Shown piece after piece: positions 8,427 through 15,075 of a DNA stretch of 24,000 nucleotides; position 1 is the first letter of the stretch; each line of letters begins with the position of its first letter. The stretch spans positions 759,198-783,197 of the forward strand of contig NZ_FODC01000001.1 of NCBI RefSeq assembly GCF_900110275.1. The letters are read 5' to 3'. The position numbers were made by a program, and so were the translations under genes. The DNA is from Duganella sp. CF517 (GTDB taxonomy: Bacteria > Pseudomonadota > Gammaproteobacteria > Burkholderiales > Burkholderiaceae_D). The notes beneath the pieces are model-generated. The model made no database searches, had not been told where the DNA came from, and saw only the letters and a program-made list of their open reading frames with translations.

Positions 8427-9002
8427 TTAAGCGTTGACGCCGAACGAGCGCGCCAGCGGACCGAGGCCGCCTTTGAAGCCCTGGCCGACCGCCTTGAATT
8501 TCCACTCGGCGCCGGCGCGATACAGCTCGCCGAAAATCATTGCCGTTTCCACCGAGCTATCTTCCGACAGGTCGTAGCGGGCCAGTTCGGCATTGCCGTT
8601 GGCGTTCAGGCAGCGGATAAAGGCCTTGCCGATCATGCCGAAGTTTTGCTTGCGCTGTTCGGCTTCGTGGATGGTGACGCAAAACGACAGACGGTCGATT
8701 TCGGCCGGCACGGTGGACAGGTCGACGGTCAGGGTCTCGTCGTCGCCGTCGCCCTGGCCGGTGGTGTTGTCGCCGTTGTGGACCAGCGCGCCGTCGGTCG
8801 ATTTGAGGTTGTTGTAGAAGATGAAGTCGCTATCGCCGCGCACCTTGCCATCGGCCTTGAGCATGAAGGCGCTGCCGTCGAGGTCGAACGCGGCGCCGTC
8901 GGTGGCGCGCGGGTCCCAGCCCAGGCCGATAACGACCTTGGTCAGGCCGGGTGCTTCCTTGCTGAGGTTGACGTTACCGCCTTTTTGCAAACTGATCGCC
9001 AT
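8427..9002 (-). CDS. terD: TerD-family stress protein (191 aa)
   Basis: Full-length match to the TerD pattern: [26 protein letters not shown], the Ca-binding motif [13 protein letters not shown], and [23 protein letters not shown] 5 nt upstream of ATG at 9002. Confidence 0.95.
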   Translation of the reverse strand: MAISLQKGGNVNLSKEAPGLTKVVIGLGWDPRATDGAAFDLDGSAFMLKADGKVRGDSDFIFYNNLKSTDGALVHNGDNTTGQGDGDDETLTVDLSTVPAEIDRLSFCVTIHEAEQRKQNFGMIGKAFIRCLNANGNAELARYDLSEDSSVETAMIFGELYRAGAEWKFKAVGQGFKGGLGPLARSFGVNA

Positions 9003-9155
9003 ACTGGTCTCCCATTTAAAGTTTCAAATTATCAACATGCGTCCCCCGACACCATGTCGCGGAACGGCCTTTAAATTTCATCCCAAAGTATGTGGCGACA
9101 TTTGCGGGAAAATCAATACTGTCCGAATATAATCTTTCAATCGATCTTACATTAA
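9003..9155 (-). promoter_or_regulatory. AT-rich upstream region and leader of terD (promoter not resolved)
   Basis: A 153-bp non-coding stretch that is conspicuously AT-rich compared with its flanks, directly upstream of terD. It contains TTTAAA(G)TTTCA twice (9015-9026 and 9070-9080). No confident -35/-10 pair could be assigned. Confidence 0.4.
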
Positions 9156-9839
9156 CTATTGCGCGCACGCGTCGTAATCGGTATCGAACCAGCCGTCGGG
9201 CTGGCATTTTCCGTCAAGCAACGCCTGGATCCGCGCCACGCGGACGGCAAGCTGTTCGGGGTGCAGCAGCGGATGGTAGTGGTTGGGCGCCTTGATCATC
9301 GCCACCAGGCCGATGAATTCCGCCTCGCTGGCCTCGTCGAGCGGCTTGCCCAGATAGGTGTCGGCCGCCATCGCCAGCCCGGTGACCCGTTTGCCGTCGT
9401 GGCTGCCCATGTAAACGTCGGCCACGTACAGCGCCAGCTGGTTGCGCTTGGGTAATTTGGCGTTCAACACCAACGCCATCACGTCGCGGCCCGGGTCGAC
9501 CTTCTTGCAGCAATCGAACACGCGGCCGTAAAAACGCTGCAGCACGCCGGAGACGCCGGCCAGCGGCCGGTCGGACAGATACAGGTCGCGCGCGACCGCC
9601 GACGAGATCGTGGCGACGCCCTGCCCCTCGGCCAGGCTCACGCCGGGATGTTTGAAAAAAGTGGGGTCCTCGACCCGCAGCAGGATGGCGGTCTGGCGCG
9701 CCGACAGCGGCATCGTGGGCGGCGCCGGGGCCGCCTCCATGACGGCGTGGAAGGATGCCGATGCCCAGACGGCGACCAGCCCGAGATAGGCGGCCGCCAG
9801 CAGGAAGATCGCCAGCACGGTCTTGCACGCGAAACGCAT
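9156..9839 (-). CDS. GT51 (peptidoglycan glycosyltransferase)-like transglycosylase-domain protein with an N-terminal membrane anchor (227 aa)
   Basis: Hydrophobic N-terminus MRFACKTVLAIFLLAAAYLGLVAVWA. GT51 motif 1 is VEDPTFFKHPGV, and motif 2 is degenerate (GVATISSAVARDLYL instead of G-STITQQ-AKN). Later motifs are KRNQLALYVADVYMG and YLGKPLDEASEAEFIGLVAMIKAPNHYHP. ATG at 9839 with AAGGA upstream; the ATG at 9875 is an alternative start. Confidence 0.65.
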   Translation of the reverse strand: MRFACKTVLAIFLLAAAYLGLVAVWASASFHAVMEAAPAPPTMPLSARQTAILLRVEDPTFFKHPGVSLAEGQGVATISSAVARDLYLSDRPLAGVSGVLQRFYGRVFDCCKKVDPGRDVMALVLNAKLPKRNQLALYVADVYMGSHDGKRVTGLAMAADTYLGKPLDEASEAEFIGLVAMIKAPNHYHPLLHPEQLAVRVARIQALLDGKCQPDGWFDTDYDACAQ

Positions 9840-9911
9840 CACGGTGACATCCTTGACCTGAGCAAAAGATGTCAATTTTACGCTGCGGCACAGGCCGCTG
9901 TCATATATTAA

Positions 9912-11018
9912 CTAGTACAGCACCACCGAGCGGATCGACTCGCCGCTTTTCATCAGGTCGAAACCTTCGTTGATGCGTTCGAGCGGCAGCCGGTGCGTGA
10001 TCAGGTCGTCGATATTGAGCTTGCCCTCCATGTACCAGTCGACGATCTTCGGCACGTCGGTGCGGCCGCGCGCGCCGCCGAAGGCCGAGCCGCGCCACTC
10101 GCGTCCCGTCACCAGCTGGAACGGACGGGTGGAAATCTCCTGCCCGGCCGCCGCCACGCCGATGATGAACGACTTGCCCCAGCCCTTGTGCGTGCACTCG
10201 AGCGCCTGGCGCATCAGCGTGGTGTTGCCGACGCACTCGAAACTGTAGTCGGCGCCGCCGTCGGTCAGCTGCACGATGCTGTCGACCACGTTCTCGACGT
10301 CGTTCGGATTGATGAAATGCGTCATGCCGAACTTGCGCGCGATCGCCTGGCGCGCCGGGTTGATGTCGACACCGATGATCTTGTCGGCGCCGACCATGCG
10401 CGCCGCCTGGATCACGTTCAGGCCGATGCCGCCGAGGCCGAACACGACCACGTTGGCGCCCGCCTCCACCTTGGCCGAGAACAGCACCGCGCCGACGCCG
10501 GTGGTCACGCCGCAACCGATGTAGCAGACTTTATCGAACGGCGCGTCCTCGCGGATCTTGGCCAGCGCGATTTCCGGCACCACGATGTAGTTGGAGAAGG
10601 TCGACGTGCCCATGTAATGGAACAGCGGCTTGCCGTCCAGCGAGAAGCGGCTGGTGGCGTCCGGCATCAGGCCGCGACCCTGGGTCGAGCGGATCGCCTG
10701 GCACAGATTGGTTTTGCGCGACAGGCAGAACTTGCACTCGCGGCATTCCGGCGTGTACAGCGGAATCACATGGTCGTCTTTTTTCAGGGTCTTGACGCCG
10801 GGGCCGACATCGACGACGATGCCGGCGCCCTCATGGCCGAGGATGGCGGGGAAAATGCCTTCCGGATCGGCGCCCGACAAGGTGTAGTAATCGGTGTGGC
10901 AAATGCCGGTGGCCTTGAGCTCGATCAGCACCTCGCCGGCCTTGGGGCCTTGCAGGTCGACTTCTTCGATGGTCAGCGGCGCGCCGGCGCGCCACGCGAT
11001 GGCAGCTTTGGTTTTCAT
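9912..11018 (-). CDS. adhC: S-(hydroxymethyl)glutathione dehydrogenase / class III alcohol dehydrogenase (368 aa)
   Basis: Near-textbook class III ADH sequence: MKTKAAIAW..PL.IEEVDL..P..GEVL, GICHTD, GHEGAGIV, CRECKFC, GLGGIGL. ATG at 11018. The 34-codon upstream extension in the track ORF is not supported. Confidence 0.95.
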   Translation of the reverse strand: MKTKAAIAWRAGAPLTIEEVDLQGPKAGEVLIELKATGICHTDYYTLSGADPEGIFPAILGHEGAGIVVDVGPGVKTLKKDDHVIPLYTPECRECKFCLSRKTNLCQAIRSTQGRGLMPDATSRFSLDGKPLFHYMGTSTFSNYIVVPEIALAKIREDAPFDKVCYIGCGVTTGVGAVLFSAKVEAGANVVVFGLGGIGLNVIQAARMVGADKIIGVDINPARQAIARKFGMTHFINPNDVENVVDSIVQLTDGGADYSFECVGNTTLMRQALECTHKGWGKSFIIGVAAAGQEISTRPFQLVTGREWRGSAFGGARGRTDVPKIVDWYMEGKLNIDDLITHRLPLERINEGFDLMKSGESIRSVVLY

Positions 11019-11159
11019 GGTCAGGTTCCCGTCATAGAGCGATATTGGAGCCCGCCATTGTGCCGCCCGCCCCGGGCAAAGCGCCTCCGCACGAATGAGA
11101 ATGGCCGGAAATGGTGCCATAATGACCGGATTTTAAGGACCAACAGTGACCCTCAACAC

Positions 11160-12182
11160 ATGAACGCCAAGCCAGCGGCCGCCAGGACCGTCGCCAGGAA
11201 TGTCGACATCGTTGTCTATCCCGGCTTCAAGGCGATGGAAGCGATCGGACCGATGTCGGTTTTCGAGTACGCCAACCTCCACCTCCAACGGCGTGGCCGC
11301 GCGCCCGGCTACGACGTGCGCATCGCCTCCACCGCGGTCGGCCCGGTGCGCTCGGATACCCTGATGTCGCTCGACGCCACCAAGGCGCTGAGCCCGTTGT
11401 CGCTGCCGGACGACGCCATCGTCGTCGGTGCCCGCCACATCCAGGCCGCGCTAGCCGCCGGCCCGGATATCGTCGCCTGGGTGGCGGCCTCGGCGCCGCG
11501 CCTGCGACGGCTGGCGGCGCTGTGTTCGGGCGCGTTTTTCCTCGCGGCGGCCGGCGTGCTGGACGGCAAACGCGCCACCACGCACTGGAGCGTGGCCGAC
11601 CGGCTGCAGGCCGACTTCCCGTCGATCTCGGTGGAAGCCGATGCGATTTTCATCCGCTCGGACAATCTGTGGACGTCGGCGGGCGTGACGGCCGGCATCG
11701 ACCTGGCGCTGGCCCTGGTGGAAGAGGATTTCGGCCGCGACCTGGCGCTGGAAGTGGCGACCGAGATGGTGGTGTATCTGAAGCGGCCGGGCGGACAGTC
11801 GCAGTTCAGCGCGCATTTGCTGAGCGAGCGCACGGCCAAGCCCAACATCCGCGACATCCAGAACTGGATACTGGACAACCTGCATGAAAAGCTGTCGGTC
11901 GCCCAGCTGGCGCAGCGGGCGATGATGAGCGAGCGCAATTTCACCCGCGTGTTCCAGCAGGAAGTGGGTTTGAGCACGCAAGCGTTCATCGAGGCGTGCC
12001 GTTTCGAGCGCGCCACGCAGTTGCTGGCGGATCTGGCGTTGCCGATCAAGACAGTGGCCGCGCGCGCCAGCTTCAGCGATGAAGCGCATATGCGGCGCGT
12101 GTTCCAGAAAAAGCTCGGCATCACGCCCAAGCTATACCGGGAGCGGTTCGCGACGACCGGATTGCAACTGGCGCCCGACTAA
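11160..12182 (+). CDS. GlxA-type transcriptional regulator: N-terminal DJ-1/PfpI domain and C-terminal AraC-type HTH (340 aa)
   Basis: DJ-1 nucleophile-elbow motif LAALCSGAFFLAAAGVLDGKRATTHW. C-terminal AraC HTH is visible in LSVAQLAQRAMMSERNFTRVFQQEVGLSTQAFIEACRFERA...FSDEAHMRRVFQKKLGITPKLYRERF. ATG at 11160. The track ORF from 9993 is antisense read-through of adhC. Confidence 0.9.
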   Translation: MNAKPAAARTVARNVDIVVYPGFKAMEAIGPMSVFEYANLHLQRRGRAPGYDVRIASTAVGPVRSDTLMSLDATKALSPLSLPDDAIVVGARHIQAALAAGPDIVAWVAASAPRLRRLAALCSGAFFLAAAGVLDGKRATTHWSVADRLQADFPSISVEADAIFIRSDNLWTSAGVTAGIDLALALVEEDFGRDLALEVATEMVVYLKRPGGQSQFSAHLLSERTAKPNIRDIQNWILDNLHEKLSVAQLAQRAMMSERNFTRVFQQEVGLSTQAFIEACRFERATQLLADLALPIKTVAARASFSDEAHMRRVFQKKLGITPKLYRERFATTGLQLAPD

Positions 12183-12220
12183 ACAACGGCGACCCGGACG
12201 GCGCACGAGACGCCATCCGC

Positions 12221-12553
12221 TCAATGCGCGCCCGCGCTCGAAAACACGTTCATGACCACCACGCCGGCGATGATCAAGGCCATGCCGATCAGCGCCGGCG
12301 CATCCATCTTTTGACCGAAGAACGCCCAGCCGACCGCCGTGATGAGGACGATGCCCACACCCGACCACACCGCATATGCGATGCCCACCGGTATCGAGCG
12401 CAATGTCAGCGACAGAAAATAAAACGCCACGCCATAGCCCACCAGCACGATCGCCGACGGCACCAGCTTGGAAAACCCTTCGCTCGATTTCAGCGCGGAC
12501 GTGGCGATGGTTTCCGCGACGATCGCAATACCCAGCATCAGCCATTTGTTCAT
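12221..12553 (-). CDS. SMR-family multidrug efflux transporter, EmrE/Qac subtype (110 aa)
   Basis: Same length as E. coli EmrE and roughly half the positions identical by eye, including the essential Glu in [28 protein letters not shown] and [10 protein letters not shown] at 12553 with a strong CAGGAGGTG RBS. Confidence 0.9.
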   Translation of the reverse strand: MNKWLMLGIAIVAETIATSALKSSEGFSKLVPSAIVLVGYGVAFYFLSLTLRSIPVGIAYAVWSGVGIVLITAVGWAFFGQKMDAPALIGMALIIAGVVVMNVFSSAGAH

Positions 12554-12730
12554 TGTGCACCTCCTGTTGAGCGGCCAGTATGCATAAGTTTCGCCGCCGA
12601 AACCAGTCTGTTCAAACCAGACGGGCTGTGCGCAAATCAAGCAATTTCCAGCATACAAATTGAGGCCGTCTTCTTGACGCCTCTCGACGAGTCCGCATGA
12701 TCGCCGTCAATTTGCGGGGGAACTCGGCTC

Positions 12731-12737
12731 CTATACT
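12731..12737 (+). promoter_or_regulatory. Candidate extended -10 element CTATACT (sigma-S-like) for the curli operon
   Basis: CTATACT lies 70 nt upstream of the csgE ATG and matches the C(-13)-TATACT form favoured by RpoS in E. coli. No convincing -35 at a 16-18 bp spacing. The call is purely motif-based. Confidence 0.3.
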
Positions 12738-12778
12738 GAACTTCACCCCTTGAACTTCACCCCTTGAACTTCACCCCT
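12737..12778 (+). repeat. Perfect tandem direct repeat, 3 x 14 bp (TGAACTTCACCCCT); each unit contains the palindrome TGAA-C-TTCA
   Basis: Read directly from the sequence: tgaacttcacccct tgaacttcacccct tgaacttcacccct, followed by tcccccgccccc. The array ends 28 nt before the csgE start codon. Confidence 0.95.
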
Positions 12779-12806
12779 TCCCCCGCCCCCATCTCAGCGA
12801 GCTCAC

Positions 12807-13241
12807 ATGTCAACCGATCACACCGTCGTCGCCGCGATCCTGCTAGCGCTGAGCGGCCCCTGCAGCGCCACCGCCCCGGCGGCCGATCCGGCGCCTGCGC
12901 CGGAGACGGTGGCGGCGGCGGCGGCGGGCGTGGTGACGGTGCAGACGGTCACCATCGCCGGCCATGATTTCTCGCAGTATTTTTTGGCCGCGTGGCGCGA
13001 CAAGGAAGGCAGCGAGCACTACACGCTGTCGATCAACGAACGTCCGTCGGCGCGCCTGGGCAGCGAGGTGTGGATCGGCTTCGCGCAGCGCCGCGTGTTT
13101 CAAACCCGCCTGCCGCCGGCCCGCGCGGCCATCCGCTCACTGAGCGAAAACGCGGCCGATGCGGTCTGGCAAACGGTGCTGCAAACCGACGTCGAACGCA
13201 AGCTGATCCGGGACGCCGACCTGGCCCCCGATGAATTCTGA
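12807..13241 (+). CDS. csgE: Curli assembly/transport component CsgE (144 aa)
   Basis: Signal peptide followed by CsgE-like core motifs FLAAWRDKEG, YTLSINERPSARLGSEVWI, RRVFQT and C-terminal DLAPDEF. First gene of a csgEFG-like series. Confidence 0.85.
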   Translation: MSTDHTVVAAILLALSGPCSATAPAADPAPAPETVAAAAAGVVTVQTVTIAGHDFSQYFLAAWRDKEGSEHYTLSINERPSARLGSEVWIGFAQRRVFQTRLPPARAAIRSLSENAADAVWQTVLQTDVERKLIRDADLAPDEF

Positions 13242-13257
13242 CAACCAGGAGCCCGCC

Positions 13258-13716
13258 ATGCCCATCCTCCGATCGACACGCCGTGTCCGCACCGCCGCCC
13301 GCCTCGCCGCCCGCGTCGCCGTCTGCGCCACGCTGCTGGCCTCCGGCGCCGGCGCGACCGACATCGTCTATCAGCCGGTGAACCCGGCGTTCGGCGGCTA
13401 TCCGGCCAACGGCCAGCATCTGCTGGCCACCGCGACGGCCACCAACACCCACGTCGGCAAGGATAGCCCGGGACGCTCGCTGCTGGACCAGTCGCCGTTG
13501 GCGCAGTTCAACCAGACGCTGGAACGCACGGTGCTCAGCCAACTGGCCGCCGCCGCCACCTCCAAGCTGACCGGCGCCGACGGCAAGCTGGTGCCGGGAA
13601 CGTTCTCCACGCAAAACTTCACCATCAATGTGGTCGACCTCGGCGGCGGCATGCTGCGCATCACCACCACCGACAAGGCGACCGGCGCCTCGACCTCGTT
13701 CGAGGTGGCGCAATGA
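13258..13716 (+). CDS. csgF: Curli assembly component CsgF (152 aa)
   Basis: Signal peptide ending GAGA, then the CsgF N-terminal motif TDIVYQPVNPAFGGYPANGQHLL. AGGAG lies 7 nt upstream of ATG at 13258. The in-frame ATG at 13231 overlaps csgE and has no RBS. Confidence 0.85.
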   Translation: MPILRSTRRVRTAARLAARVAVCATLLASGAGATDIVYQPVNPAFGGYPANGQHLLATATATNTHVGKDSPGRSLLDQSPLAQFNQTLERTVLSQLAAAATSKLTGADGKLVPGTFSTQNFTINVVDLGGGMLRITTTDKATGASTSFEVAQ

Positions 13717-14588
13717 ATACCATGCTGCGACGCGACGCGCCGCTCGCCGTGGCGGCGGCGGCCTTGCTGGCGTCCGGCTGCGCCATCACCCACCCGCCGT
13801 CGGTGGCGCGCCAGCACGCCCAGCTGACGCCGTCGACCGCCGCCACGGGAGATCTGCGCCAGCTGCCGCCGCCCAAAGGCAAGGTGGCAGTGGCCGTCTA
13901 CGGCATCAGGGACCAGACCGGGCAATACAAGCCGGCGCCGGACAGCTCGTTCTCCACAGCCGTCACGCAAGGGGCGTCGTCGATGCTAATCAAGGCGCTC
14001 AAGGAATCGGGCTGGTTCATCCCGGTCGAACGCGAGAACCTGCAAAACCTGCTGACCGAGCGCAAGATCGTGCGCGCGCTGGAGATGCCGCAGCCGGCCG
14101 GCACGCCGGCGGTGCAGATTCCGCCGCTGCTGGCGGCGTCGGTGCTGATCGAGGGCGGCATCACCGCGTTCGAAAGCAATGTGCGCACCGGCGGCGCCGG
14201 CGCGCGCTTTCTGGGTATCGGCGTCAGCACCCAGTACCGGGTCGACCAGGTCACCGTCGGCCTACGCACCATCGACATCCGCAGCGGCCAGATCCTGCAA
14301 AGCGTGTCGACCACCAAGACCGTCTACGCGTACGAGGTGCATCCGAGCGTGTTCAAGTTCGTCAACGTCAAGGATTTGCTGGAGCTGGAGGCCGGCATGA
14401 CGCGCAACGAGCCGACCCAGCTGTGCGTCAACGAGGCGATCGAGGCCGGCGTGGCCCATCTGATCGTCCAGGGCGTGCGCGAAGGCCACTGGGCACTGCA
14501 AGATCCGGCGCGCTGGGCCGATCCGGTGGTGCAGCGCTACGCCACCGACCGCGACACCCGCTATGACGCGGCGGCGGGGATGCCATGA
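13713..14588 (+). CDS. csgG: Curli secretion channel lipoprotein CsgG (291 aa)
   Basis: Lipobox LLASGC. CsgG core motifs are VAVYGIRDQTGQYKP, FSTAVTQGASSMLIKALKESGWF, ERENLQNLLTERKI, IEGGITAFESN and GAGARFLGIG. ATGA overlap with csgF. Confidence 0.95.
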   Translation: MNTMLRRDAPLAVAAAALLASGCAITHPPSVARQHAQLTPSTAATGDLRQLPPPKGKVAVAVYGIRDQTGQYKPAPDSSFSTAVTQGASSMLIKALKESGWFIPVERENLQNLLTERKIVRALEMPQPAGTPAVQIPPLLAASVLIEGGITAFESNVRTGGAGARFLGIGVSTQYRVDQVTVGLRTIDIRSGQILQSVSTTKTVYAYEVHPSVFKFVNVKDLLELEAGMTRNEPTQLCVNEAIEAGVAHLIVQGVREGHWALQDPARWADPVVQRYATDRDTRYDAAAGMP

Positions 14589-15016
14589 GCGCCCGGCTTG
14601 CGATGGCCGCCGCGCTGCTCGCCGCGCGGTTGGCCACGGCCGGCGATCTGGCCAGCCCGGAATTGCCGCCAGGCGGCTTGCTGGGCGGCGGCTCGCTGGC
14701 CTCGGTCGGCCAGCACGGCGTCATGAACACGATCGCGACAGACCAGCGCGGCCGCGAGCACAGGCTGGCGGCCTCGCAGCGCGGCCGCCAAAACACGGCG
14801 ACGGTGGCGCAGGACGGCGTCGCCAACACCGTCGAGCTCCAGCAGGACGGCAAGGGTAACGAAGCGACTGTCATCCAGGGCGGCACGGGCAACAGCGCAC
14901 TGGTCGATCAGCACGGCAACGCCAACAGCGCGCGCATCGAGCAATACGGTCACGACACGAGCGCGCGCATCACCCAGACCGGCAACGGCAAGCGCGCCAC
15001 CATGATTCAGCATTGA
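14585..15016 (+). CDS. csgB: Curlin-repeat protein, CsgB-like (putative nucleator; 143 aa)
   Basis: Signal peptide, then five ~22-aa curlin units. Four carry Q-x-G-x-x-N (QHGVMN, QRGRQN, QDGKGN, QHGNAN). The final unit is QTGNGKRATMIQH, in which N is replaced by K and followed by R. ATGA overlap with csgG. The B-versus-A assignment rests on size, position and the basic last repeat. Confidence 0.72.
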   Translation: MSARLAMAAALLAARLATAGDLASPELPPGGLLGGGSLASVGQHGVMNTIATDQRGREHRLAASQRGRQNTATVAQDGVANTVELQQDGKGNEATVIQGGTGNSALVDQHGNANSARIEQYGHDTSARITQTGNGKRATMIQH

Positions 15017-15075
15017 ATCCCGTCCGATCCCGCAATCCCGTTCCACCAATGTTTCACCTCAACAAAGGAGTCATC

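Noticed and set aside
9993-11159. The 5' 389 codons of track ORF 9993..12182(+)
   Set aside because: This part is an antisense read-through of adhC. The true AraC/DJ-1 gene begins at the internal ATG at 11160, where the recognisable domains start.
12554-12700. Possible guanidine riboswitch (ykkC, mini-ykkC or ykkC-III) in the 5' leader of the SMR gene
   Set aside because: The pump is EmrE/Qac-like rather than SugE/Gdx-like. Reading the minus-strand leader, I found none of the conserved riboswitch elements: no ACGR-loop hairpin pair and no GGGA...CCCGGGAGA-type core. Only a weak 5-bp hairpin is present (GTCTG...CAGAC).
12737-12778. Whether the tandem repeat could be a CRISPR array
   Set aside because: The units are 14 bp and directly abutting with no spacers, there are only three copies, and no cas genes are present. 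It is a simple tandem repeat or operator-like array.
13231-13257. Upstream ATG at 13231 as the csgF start
   Set aside because: It overlaps the csgE 3' end and lacks an SD, whereas ATG at 13258 has AGGAG 7 nt upstream and starts directly at a plausible signal peptide.
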